In this document: positions 1 through 30,554 of the stretch, in pieces | How positions within the stretch are numbered: position 1 is the first letter of the stretch | Layout: each line of letters starts with the position of its first letter | DNA from: Salpingoeca rosetta | Lineage: Eukaryota > Protista > Choanoflagellata | Assembly: GCA_033442325.1 (NCBI GenBank) | Contig: JAWQFM010000006.1 | Span: forward strand, 1,609,611 to 1,673,610 | DNA: 64,000 nt | Direction: 5' to 3' | Notes under the pieces: model-generated | Database searches by the model: none | What the model was told of the DNA's origin: nothing | Seen by the model: the letters and a program-made list of their open reading frames with translations, nothing else | Translations under genes and position numbers: made by a program

Positions 1-66
1 GTGTATGTGTGGTTTCAGCTGACATTGGGGTTTGAAATGTGGCCGTGTACCTGTTGCATCGATCAG

Positions 67-157
67 GATGTGTTTCAGCAGTGGCTGGAAGCTGACGGCA
101 TCTTCACCGTTCCTCTCAAGGGCTGCCCCCTCGCCATGAACCAAGTACTGCTGCTTG

Positions 158-242
<85 letters not shown>

Positions 243-424
243 TGTGTCTCTGTCTCGCGGTGGAACATGGATGTTGTGACAGTGCCCACGGCCAAGATTA
301 CACGCCTGCTCATCGCCCGCACTCGCACAACGCAACTGCACATGGCTGTCTTCAGGTTGCCATTTCGAGTGTGTCACCAACAGTTGCAGCACACATTGCA
401 GACGGCATGGCCGTGCTGGTGTGA
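67..424 (+). CDS. 3' end of an unidentified gene (last two exons 67-144 and 356-424; upstream part lies outside the window)
   Basis: cag|GAT at 66/67, CAA|gt at 144/145 and cag|GTT at 355/356 join in phase 0 to give DVFQQWLEADGIFTVPLKGCPLAMNQ-VAISSVSPTVAAHIADGMAVLV*. No recognisable motif. Confidence 0.5.
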
Positions 425-925
425 AGCGCAATCACAACACCGACGCAGCACCAACAACATTCACGTGACACGCGACAGGCGCGCGCACACACAACCACGT
501 GTGTTTCATCCACCATGCTACAATCCTCGGCAGCGCACACCGCCAAACACCTGCCCTTTGTTACACCAGCCACACAACATATTTGGCAGCTCTTTCAAGG
601 CCAAACCCACTCTCGAAACACTTGCGTTCCCGTGGTTCTTCTTTCCATGGTCCTTCTCATTGCTTATCCTTCTTTCTCCTCTTCCTACTGCGATTGCTGT
701 TTTTATTTCTTCAACAAAGCGCCCACAAACACTCACGGAGATGCCATAAAAGAAACACAATGTGATTGATGGACAGTCCCAGCAGAAGTATCATAGACGG
801 GGTGGGGTGGTGTACACGTGCACGCGTACATATGTCCACGCCTGCACACGTGTACAGATGCACGCTGCGCAACACTGCAACCACTGCCGCACTGACACAA
901 CCAAACCAACCACGAGGTGACGGCG

Positions 926-2500
926 TCACGCGGCCGTGTCTGGCTGCGTGGCGAATGCAAACAGCCTGAAGGCGAGCTTGAGCAGCGTCTCTGGCCGGCG
1001 CTTCACGCGGAAGATGCGCTGCATACATTCGCACAGCGCAACGGGTCCGTCGCGCCCCGCAGACGCCAGCAGCGCAGTGAAGCCAGCACCCTCAACGTGC
1101 GACAGCAGCGACGAAAACTGCACCAGGGGGGGGGTGTGCGTGTGTGTGTGTGTGAGTGTGTGAGTATGCATGTGTGCGTGTGAGTGTGTGTGTGAGTGTG
1201 TGTGTGAGTGTGTGTGCGTGCGTGTGCGCGTGTGCGTGTGTGTGTGTTTGTGTGTTTATGTGCGTGTGCGTGTATGTGTGTTTATGTGTGTGTGTGCGAA
1301 AAGCAGGCCGCTGTGTGGTGCATCGTGTGCGTTAGGCTCTCGGTGTTCACTAGCGCTACACAGTTTGTGTCCACAACTGCGCATGCGTTCACCCTTACAC
1401 CAACCTCGCTGCAATCGTTGTCCTTGAGCCACGTGTCAATGTCCTCCCGACCCCAAAACGTCGTTGCAAACACATGCGCAGGCAGCGGCTGCGCATATGT
1501 GGCGTTGCTCATGGCCTGATACCCGCCTGGCGCGGTGGAGCCTGCTTGCTCGTGTGCCGCTGCAGACTTGAGCGTGATCTGCGGCGAGATGCGCGGAGCT
1601 GCTGCAGGTGGCGCTGCGTCGCCCGCGTCCTGTCGCATGCGATACAGTACCTCTCGCATCATGCGGCCCATTGTCTCTTCCCGCGTGGCAGGATCCCGCA
1701 CGTCGTACCTGATGGATTGATGTTAGCGGTGGTGGTGGTGGTGTGGTGTTGGTGTTGGTGGTGGTGGTTGGAGGAGTCAGTGAGTGCGACAGCTTCGCTG
1801 AGATGTGAGGATCAGCAAAAGGCATCGTTGGCAGCAGCAGCAGCAGCAGCAGCATCACGGCACGCACCAGAGCTTTGTCCCCAGCATTGCGCCAAGCCAG
1901 CCGTCCGGTTGGTATCCGTCCACGCGCACGGGCACAATCGTCTGTTTGTGAAGACAATCAAAGGTGGCGGTGATGGATGCAAATGAGCTGGCACATGGGC
2001 AAAACATATGCGAGTGTGTGTGTGTGTGCATGTGTGTGCGTATGTGTGTGCGCGTGTTTCTGTGTACGACTTAAAAGCCCGAAGACGCTGAACGCTGCGG
2101 CAAACACACACACACACACGTGCATGTATGCAAACAAGTACAGATCAGAGAGCTGCATAGACAGCGTGCCTTCTTGAGCTGGTATGCGTATTCTGCCTCT
2201 GTGCGGCAGTTTGTGCTGTTCTTGTACGGTTTGCTGAAGAAGACGAGGATCACCTGTGACGTCTCCACTGCGCGCGACATGGCCTCAAGCTGCCAGTGAA
2301 GCGGAGGTTAAGCGAGGAGGGTGTTGGAAGAGAGAGAGAGAGAGAGAGAGTATGAGAGCCGTACAAAGTCATGCACAGGTTTGAGGCAAAAGGAGAATTC
2401 ACAGTTCGACAGGGCAAGCATACTGTTGGGTGCCGCGGTTTTCACGCACACACACACTGACGCGCGCACACACACACACACTGACACACACACACACACT

Positions 2501-2546
<46 letters not shown>

Positions 2547-3313
2547 TCATACGGACACACACTCTTGTCTCACCGTTGATCCGGCCATCTCGTCGACATC
2601 CATCCACGTGTGAATGCCGTTGGCCTTGAGGAAGGAGCGCACGTTGAGCACAATGTCCTGGTTTGCCCAGCAGTACGACAGCATCACCTGCTGCTCTGTA
2701 CCCGCAGGCTGAGGCTTTGCTATCTCCGCTTGGGACTGCCGCCTTGCGAGAGGGAAGGCAGCCAGGTGGATGTGGTGGTGGTGGAAGTGGTGAAAGTGGT
2801 GATAAGTGGTGTTAAAAGTGATGAATATGATGAGAACAACGCCGAGTTGGCCAAGTCGTGTGCAGTTGTGAGAATATATGTGCGTGTCGACAGACGAGAA
2901 TGCCAGCCTTGAACATGTGACAAAGACCATGGACGGGCTGTGAATGGCAGGTGCGGTGCCGCACTCACTTTGACTCGTCCATCTGCCACAGCAGGCCGTC
3001 GGCTTGGGATGCAAGCTGTGACGGGTGGCAACGTGGGGGGGGGGGGTGCTTGTTGGTTCCGTCAAAGCCAAGAACCAGACAACGTGGAGCAGGGCAGCAT
3101 ACCCAAGACGACACACACACACACACGCACACGCACACACGCACACGCACATGCAGTACCTGCGAATCTGAGGAGCGGAGGGTGTGGAGGAGAGCCCTGA
3201 ATCCTGGCCGCGCCGCCATCGCCGCCGCGTTGTCGCCGTTGAAGCCCAACCGGCGCAGCGTGCGCGCAGCCAGCACGCGCTGTGTATGTTATGTGTTGCG
3301 GGTACATGTGATG

Positions 3314-3356
<43 letters not shown>

Positions 3357-3683
3357 CATGTTGAACGTGTATATATCGTGGATGCGTTGTGTGTGCGTGT
3401 GCGTGTTGTGTGTGACGAGGAAACGGGTCAATGGGATTGCAAAGACGGCTCAAGCAACGGGTGTGTGCGCATGTGGTGTGTGATTGCTCACGAGTTCGAA
3501 TGGGGCAGAGTCCTCCTCCAGCACACACGCGCAAATGTCGAGTGCTCCCGATTTGGCAAGAAGCACTTTGTTGTTCTCGTTTCCGGCCAGACAGTACACG
3601 CCCAACAACACCTGCAGCCATTGGCAACCGTTGGCAGCACAGAGCCGACAATGAATGAGAAAATTGGACGCGGTAGCACAAGT

Positions 3684-3752
<69 letters not shown>

Positions 3753-5294
3753 CTTCCAATACATTTGCATTCATGCGCAGTGCGACAATACACGATCGCA
3801 CACACACACACACACACACACACGTTCTCTGGGACGTTGTACGTGTTGGATCCCTCTGGGTATGGCTGCTGCTTGAGTGCAGCCTGCAGGGCGTGGGTGA
3901 TGCTCTCCACAAGCTCTGTCGACGCTTTCAGCGCAGGGTGCTTCTCTTCTTCGCCCACGAGCGACGCAACACCAAGCATCGCCCGCACAAACCTGCGCAG
4001 TCGCAGCGGTGATGGTGAGGGGGTGTAGGGTAATACAGTGAGAAGGAGGGAACATGGATGGTGGGCGGCAGTGGTGAATGACAATGGCAGCAGCGGTGGC
4101 AGTCATGGAGCGCAAACACCGCCATCATGCGACTGCGTTTGCTGTTTCCTTTCGCCTCACACCTGAGCAGAGTACGCACTTGTGCTTGGTCGACTTTGAG
4201 TTGGCAATGGGGAGGAGGGCCTCAACCACGCCAGACTCCAGCAGCGCGTCCTTGTTCTCTGGGCGGAAACACATGTACGAGAGGCCGCCAACACACATGC
4301 CAATCACGTCTGCCTCCTCCTCCTTGGTGCCGAAGCGCGCGACGTGCTTCACCATCGCGCCCACCGTGTTGCCTTCCCGCAACTGCGCATGGAAGCTTGG
4401 CAGTGCCGCAATATTGTTCAAGAAACGAGAAGCCTCTCTCCGCACACCTGTATGTGTGTGTGTGTGTGTGTTGGGGATGAGAGAGGATGGGGGATATTGG
4501 GAACGGGTGAAGCTAAGGGGATGTAGACGACGTTGAGCACGATGCATCGTGCACAACGCTCACGCATACAGGCACACGCCCGCATTACATCAGAGATCAT
4601 ACGACACACGCGCACTCAGATACACGCATACACACCCAGATACACACATACCCGCACACACCCAGATACACACATACCCGCACACACCCAGATTCACATA
4701 CACACACATACACACACGCTTACAAGATTGAATGGAGGCCGCCTTGGCGAGATCAAGCGCTTCGACTGATGCATCAATGGCACCAAACTGAACAACCTCG
4801 TCGGCGAGCGCAGCCAGCTCAGGATCGTTCAAGGACTTAACAAGGCCATTGCCAAGTGCACGGAACGCAGCAGCTCGCGCCGCTTGATTCGTCGAGGATG
4901 TGGCTGCAGCCAACAGCAGCGGCACCACGTCCACCAACTCCAGCTGTTCCTCGCGTTTCGGCACGCGCCGTCCCTGCTCGTCCGTCGTCAGCCCATAGTT
5001 GTGCACTCGCTTGATGGTCTCTGCCGACAAAGGAAGGGGAGCAGGGAGGGGGAGGAGGGAGGTTGGGTGTGAAGTGAGGATAGGCATGGCGGCGTGGAGG
5101 GAAAGGGCGACGCTGCAAGTGCGAAGAAAGAAACACTTGAAAGACACACCAGTCACAGTCACATGCACAGTCACACCACACTTACAAACACGCAACGCAC
5201 ACACAAACTTACAAAGACGCACACGGACAAGCAACGCACCGTCATCTGGAGTGGGCGAGAGCAGGGACAGGACAAGATCGCGCACAGTTGTCAT
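926..5294 (-). CDS. Multi-exon Armadillo-repeat + TIR (TIR_2-like) + SAM-like protein
   Basis: ATG 5294. ARM-like exons ([59 protein letters not shown]). TIR exons [39 protein letters not shown] / [40 protein letters not shown] / [29 protein letters not shown]-like [15 protein letters not shown]...[10 protein letters not shown]...LLKLAFRL. Stop 926-928. Confidence 0.85.
4618..4705. repeat. Short minisatellite, about 3 copies of a ~25 bp CA-rich unit (cacacccagatacacacatacccgca), intronic
   Basis: Unit repeats visibly. Confidence 0.7.
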
Positions 5295-5613
5295 CGTTGT
5301 TGTGGTTTGGCGAGCGTTGTAGAAAAGTGGATGAAGATGTAAATAAATTTCGAGTAGGCAGTCATCCTGCGCAGTTTACGATGCGTTTGCACGACTTGTG
5401 TGTGGTGTCATCACACCAGCAAGCGAGCAAGCGAGCAAGCAGGCAGGCGTTCCAATGAAGACGCGTGACAGCCAAACACGGCTAACAGGACAAGCAAACA
5501 GCGAGGCCAGCAAACCAACATGAGTCAGCTCTGTGTAACGTGACAGAACACAGCACATCAACAACCAACAGGGTGCCCTTTTCCTTTCCATCATTTGTCT
5601 TCCCTCCATTTCT

Positions 5614-8209
<2,596 letters not shown>

Positions 8210-8364
8210 CTTTCCTCTCTCCAAACAAACACAAGGCCGAAGGACACCCACAGTGTTTGGCCTATGACTAGGACGGCGGATATCAGCAACGACTTTTCAC
8301 GGACAGCAACCAAGCAACTGACTGCACACTTGCCCACGTCTCCACTCCTGTTCCCCTGCCAAGC
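8210..8364. promoter_or_regulatory. Putative compact bidirectional promoter (phosphatase / TAPT1)
   Basis: Divergent ATGs at 8209 (-) and 8365 (+), 155 bp apart. Inference from arrangement only. Confidence 0.5.
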
Positions 8365-12496
<4,132 letters not shown>

Positions 12497-12689
12497 CCAT
12501 CCCCTTGCACCTGTTGTACATCACACGTCACGCTGTCACATAAACGAAGACCAAGTCGATGGCAGCACCACAACCAGCACCAGCATCACAAGCACTAGCA
12601 GCAACAACAACACATGCAATCATCTGTCACACCACACTCTGTCACAACAACATCCCGCCATTCATCTTCACAACAACAAAACACACACA

Positions 12690-13026
12690 ATGGAGGAAGA
12701 GGAAAGAGATCGAGGAGCGGTGGTGCAGCTGCAACTTAGGAAGCAGAAGCGACGCATGCACCCGGCGTTTCAAGAGGTGTGACCCATGTGGGTGGTACGC
12801 TTTGTCAGTGGTGGATGCATGAGCATGTCCCTTGTGGTCGGTCGCACTTTGACGCTCGATGATCATCACATCATGACAGGAAGACGATGACGATGATGAC
12901 AGTGATGATCACCATGGGGCGGACACTGGATCACTGCTCACGAAACGAGCACACACCACAGCCATCTGCCTGGAAGACACAGAAGCCAAGGCCAAACGAC
13001 TCACGTCCGAAGGTCAATCGACAGCG

Positions 13027-13058
<32 letters not shown>

Positions 13059-13271
13059 ACACTGTCTCTCTTTCACTCACACACACTCACACACACGCAC
13101 ATCATTGCAGGTGTTACGCTGGCTGTTGATGGCAAGTATGGACATGCGATTGGCCGCTGGAACGAAGCCATTGCTCTGGAGCCAACGCCAGAGCGTCTGG
13201 AGATGAAGGCCCAGGCACTCATGGAGATGTACCAGTACTTTCCCGCCATCCAAGCCGCCGAAGAGGTGCAA

Positions 13272-13305
<34 letters not shown>

Positions 13306-13781
13306 ATGTGTGTGCATGTGTGTGTGTGTGTGTGTCTGTCTGTCTGTGCATGTGTGTGTGTGTGTCTGTCTGTCTGTGCATGTGTGTGTGCGTGTGTGTG
13401 TTGGTGGCGTCACTACTGCGCAACTTCATCCTCTCCCCCTCCCCTGTCCTTCAACACACGCAGGCTTTGCGGCTGCGACCAGAGTGGCCGGCAGCGTTGT
13501 TGACGCTGGGACGCGCGCAGCTCAACTTTGGCGAGCTGCTGTTGGCGGAAGCAACATTGGTCAAGGCAATCGCCATCCTGGCCCGCAGCAGCCACACAGG
13601 CGACAAGCAAGACCCGGCAAGCAATGACAGCAATGCCACCACCACGGATGAGGGTGGTGAACAGCGTAGGCAGGCGCAGGACGACCTGTGGTTCGTCCAA
13701 GAGCTCATCCAACGCAAGCGGTCGCAAGGCCTCGAACCCCACGACAGACGGCCGCACCAACCACCAAAGCCACCCCCATAG
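12690..13781 (+). CDS. TTC33: Tetratricopeptide repeat protein, TTC33-like (4 exons)
   Basis: [84 protein letters not shown] matches the TTC33 TPR pattern as I recall it. ATG 12690, stop at 13781. Confidence 0.8.
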
Positions 13782-13817
13782 ACGCTCTGTGTATGAATGT
13801 GTGTATGAATGCATCCA

Positions 13818-13879
<62 letters not shown>

Positions 13880-14100
13880 TGTGTGTCTGTGTATGTGTGT
13901 GTGTCTGTGTGTCTGTGTGTGTATGTGTGTGACTGTGTGTGTATGTGTGTATGTGTATGTGTGCGTGCCTATCACCACCGATCAGAGTACACATGTGCAG
14001 TTCGGGATCAAAGACACGCGCCATTGTACTACCAGTGACAAACGAGACCAACACGGCCGCAAAAGGCACCTACACGAACACTCACACACACACACTCAAG

Positions 14101-14145
<45 letters not shown>

Positions 14146-14248
14146 CACGCACACGCAACGAGGTAACAGCCGCCTTGGCACAACGACAGCAGTCATCACA
14201 AGCACCCAATCACAGATTCAAAGGCCACATATTGCTGGTCGAGGGTGG

Positions 14249-14941
14249 TTACAGACCCAGGAAGCAACCGCCAGTTTGTTGTGCAAAGACATCTGAACCA
14301 CAAGCGACAACAGCGGACGTGAGAGACAGAGAGTGTGTGAGTGTGTGAGCACACATTGATGTGACACAGCAGCCCCTCAAGCACCCAAAAAGGTGTGTGG
14401 GTGTGGATGTCGTAAACACACACACACACTCTCTCTCTCTCTCACTCTCACTCTCTCTCTCACACACACACATTCACACACACACGCACACTCACACACG
14501 CACACACACACACATACTCTCTCTCTCTCTCACCAATCACGTCGTTGTTCTCCATCTCCAGAAGCGCGGGTGTGTCCTTCTCCTTGATTGCCTGACCGTC
14601 AAACAAGAATCGCACCGACGCCTTGTTCAGGCCCTGCATGCGTGCGTGCGTGCGTGCGGGCGTGCGTGCATGTATGTGTATGCCAAGCGTGAGCATCACA
14701 AGCAGCCATCCAGCAGCAAACAACAAAGCCAAGGACACAAACAAACAGTGTACAGTCACAACAACAACAACCACAACGCCACTTGCTGTCCGCGTACCTG
14801 TCGCTGGCAGAAGGTGTCCATGAGCTTCTTCAGCTGTGTCGTTGTCTTAATCTTGAACTGCACGGTGGTACCATCCTGCGAGTTGACCTTCAGGTTCACG
14901 TACTGTGTCTCATCGCCACCCTCGGCCTTGACCTTGGGCTG

Positions 14942-14995
<54 letters not shown>

Positions 14996-15116
14996 ATGTA
15001 CGTGTCCATGTGTATGTGTGTGTGTATGTACGTGTCCATGTGTATGTGTGTGTATGTGTGTGAGTAGGGATGCGGCTTCAAAACGGTGCGTCAGTTCGCA
15101 TCATCTTCATGCACAC

Positions 15117-15147
<31 letters not shown>

Positions 15148-15517
15148 CACAACTAAACTTTTCCTTTCAGCACACCGCCGTTGAACGAGAATTGCGTCTC
15201 GATTATCTCCTGGAGTGCTGACCATTTCTGCGTACACAAGGGAGCATTACAAGCACAAAAGACGGAAGCCGTATGCTCGATGTACTATGCGTCAAAGATG
15301 GAGAGCCACCACCCGTCTACCGCGTGCATTCTACACCATCCTCAGGACGGTCCTGAGGTAAGGGTTGCTCTGCTCCAGAACACGAACGTCGCAAGGAGTC
15401 CAGGCGTGCGCCAGCATGTACGTGCGTGCAGATGCTCAGCACAGTCGTACACGAGCAATTTGGGTCGCGGCGATAGAACTGGGGGTCATTGCGCATGCTT
15501 TTCATCAGCACCACACG

Positions 15518-15551
<34 letters not shown>

Positions 15552-15649
15552 CTTTTCCCTTTTTTCCAAGGCACACCACCACCACCACTACCACCACCCA
15601 CGCCAAGACATATACATACCTTCACGTCCTGCTGCTGCTGGTCAGCCAT
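14249..15649 (-). CDS. SUMO: SUMO (small ubiquitin-like modifier) precursor, 4 exons
   Basis: MADQQQQDVK / PKVKAEGGDETQYVNLKVNSQDGTTVQFKIKTTTQLKKLMDTFCQRQ / GLNKASVRFLFDGQAIKEKDTPALLEMENNDVI / DVFAQQTGG + CFLGL*. QQTGG di-glycine followed by a cleavable extension. Confidence 0.95.
15431..15512 (-). ncRNA. Candidate intronic box C/D snoRNA-like element in SUMO intron 1
   Basis: Minus strand ggtgc-TGATGA ... CTGA-gcatc, ~80 nt, with complementary termini. No convincing rRNA target identified by eye. Confidence 0.3.
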
Positions 15650-16163
15650 GGTTGCTGTGTGTCTTTGCTGCTTGTGGACTGTGCACTTGCTTGCGTGAGC
15701 GTGTCGTGGTGCGTTTGCTGTCTTCTTCTTCTTGGTTGTGGCGTGTGGAGAAAAATAACCAAAATCATTCACTACTAATCGCAGCCCGCCAAAACCTGGC
15801 AAAGGCGCACAACAAGCAAAGAAGAACAACAAGCACAGCTTTTCTGGTGGGGAAGGAAGCATGGGACGGCGGTGGTGGAGGATGGATAACAGCCGAACAA
15901 ACAGAGGCACACGGAAGTAGAGAGCAAGGGGGAGGGCAAGACGGCAAGACGGGCCGTATGTGGGGGGGGGGATGGACAAGCGAACAAAACAACAGGACAA
16001 ACGGCCAAACGAACCATCATCTTCACAAAACATGGAGGCTCTATTGAAACAGTGCCATGCAGGGCAACAAAAACGGCAAAGGAGCAAAAACGAGCATCGG
16101 AGCAAGCACAAGCACAAGGAGGCGGTGAACGTCAACGGAAGCTGGATCAACGAACGCTGCCAA

Positions 16164-28353
<12,190 letters not shown>

Positions 28354-30554
28354 CACGCCCAGCCACGCAGACCAATGATGTCGTCAACGGTTTGGTGATG
28401 GAGGGTGTTGGTTGCCCCTGCTTCTTATTGCTGCTGCTTCTTACTACTGCTGTAGCTGTAGCTGCTGCTCGCGCTGCTAGCTCGTGGTGGTTGTAGTTGC
28501 GGAGCACCAGCCAATCAACGCGGGTACCGACACAAACAATCACCCAAGCAGAAGGACAAGGGACAGGTGAGGCTGGTGTCACACCCGTGATGCACGCGAC
28601 ACGGCCAAGAAGATGCTGTGCCTTGACGGCTGGGCTGGGTCTCTCTGAATTTCCCTGGTGTTGATTGAGCGTGCACACATGCAGCACGCAGGAGGGTGGG
28701 GTGTGAAGCAAGCAAGTCACCAGCAGTAATTGACAGAGGGTGAGCAGGAGAGACACAAGGAATCAGCCAATGAGTGTGACTTGTGTGTATGTGTGTGTGT
28801 CTATGTGTGTGTGTCTATGTGTGTGTGTGTCTACGTGTGTGTGTGTGTGTGTGTGCGACCTACACGCCAGGTGGGGATGCTCAGCGGAAAAGGAAATGAC
28901 GCACACACACACAAACAGACAGACACACCCATACACACACAAGAAACGACTTCAGATGTGCAAGTACGAGCCAGCTACAAGCAAGCGAGCGAGTCTGACG
29001 GCTGGAATACGAAGCAGTGGTGTGCTGTTTCTCACGAATCCACATCAACCCACAGAAGCTGAACGATCTTCTTTCCCTCCACTAACAAAATGACACGCAC
29101 GCACTTTTTGTCTTTAACTACACAGCAGCTCACATCACCATGACCCACGACCCACGACCCACGCACAGCTCACTCTTCACACACCAACCAACCAACCAAA
29201 GCCCCTTCCTCCTCTCACCTTGCTTGGCTTGACTTGCTTCTCGCTCACTCGTTGTCGGTTGCTGCTTCGCTCTCGCTCGCAAGTTTTTGTGCCTTTCGTG
29301 CTAGGCAAGATTGTTTGTGAAAGATATAACATAGAATATTCGGCAACGACGTGACGCCCAACGAAAACAACGAAACGAACAACGAGAAGATAAAGGGAGG
29401 ACGCGAAACAGAAGAAGAAGGAGGAACGTCGCAAACAAAACACACACACGCACACGCACCCGACCAGCCCGGATCGTCGACCACCATCGCACCCTCCTTC
29501 CCCTCTGATCGATCCATTGTTTCCTTCACTCGAGCGTGTGCAAGCGTGTGCACGAACCAACGCATCCCACGCCCGTTTCTCTTGCTGCGAAGCATACGTA
29601 GCCAAAGGTGTGTTGTTGATTGCTTCCACCTTGTTGGGGATGTTGAGTTTGCCTCGGCAAAGAAGCAAGCAAGCAAACACACAAGCAAGAAGCAAGGCAC
29701 GCCATGACAATGACGATGATGAACGCATTGCTACACACGTGTGTTGTTGCTAGCTGCTGTTGTGGGCGGCCACTGCCCATGTGCGCGAGGCAGGCGCGCA
29801 CTCCCTCACAGACCGCACGTCGCTCACAGCAACACACACACACACACGCACATGCACACGCCCACCACCACGCCTTTGCAGCAACCAAACCAGCCACGCC
29901 CAGCAAACAACAAACAGCACGGAGGTGAGCGGGGAACGCTTGCGCGCGCACCGTTGTGTGCATGCGTGCGTGTGTACGGTTGTGTGTTGTATGTGCGCAT
30001 GCATGCACACATGCTTCCTTCCTTGGTGCCTTGCTGCCAGACATCCGTGCTTGCCTTGCTTGCCTTGCTTGCTTGCTTGCACCAGCCCATGCTGTTGGCT
30101 TTGGCAAGTCTGCAGTGGCGCGTTGTCTTTTGCATGCACCCATCCACCAGCCCACCACCACTCCCTGCTCGGTGTTGGTCTTCGGTTTGCTTGCCACTGA
30201 CAATCCCTTGTCACCTTCGACCAACCCGGCGGCAAGCCTGTAACGCTCCACACACGCCCTGCACACACGCGCGCGTACACTCGCGTTGCTGCTTGTTCTA
30301 TGCAGAAGGTGCAAGTAACCACCATCGCCAACGCAGCCATCAACACACCGCCCACCGCAGCTTGCAAGAAGGCCCATGGCACTGCTCATCGAGAGCGGAG
30401 AGTAACGCTGACGGCTCACACACAGCCATCACAAGTGCTGACAACCGCAGCCACACACCTCAACAGCAGCAGCAGCAGTTGTGGTGGTGGTGGTGGTGGC
30501 CAGTGCACGTGCATACACATGCGGGGCAGGCGGCGCAGGCAGGGCAGTGTGAAG

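Noticed and set aside
15171-15357. + strand pseudo-exon (tttcag| ... GAG|gtaagg) antisense to SUMO
   Set aside because: No partner exons, atypical codon use and no recognisable product.
15355-15368. AACCCTTACC (minus strand) as a telomerase RNA template
   Set aside because: Does not match a TTAGGG template (CTAACCCTAA), and there is no other support.
29177-30419. Several 150-300 aa ORFs in the divergent intergenic region
   Set aside because: Low-complexity, repeat-derived and lacking motifs; more likely UTR/promoter sequence.
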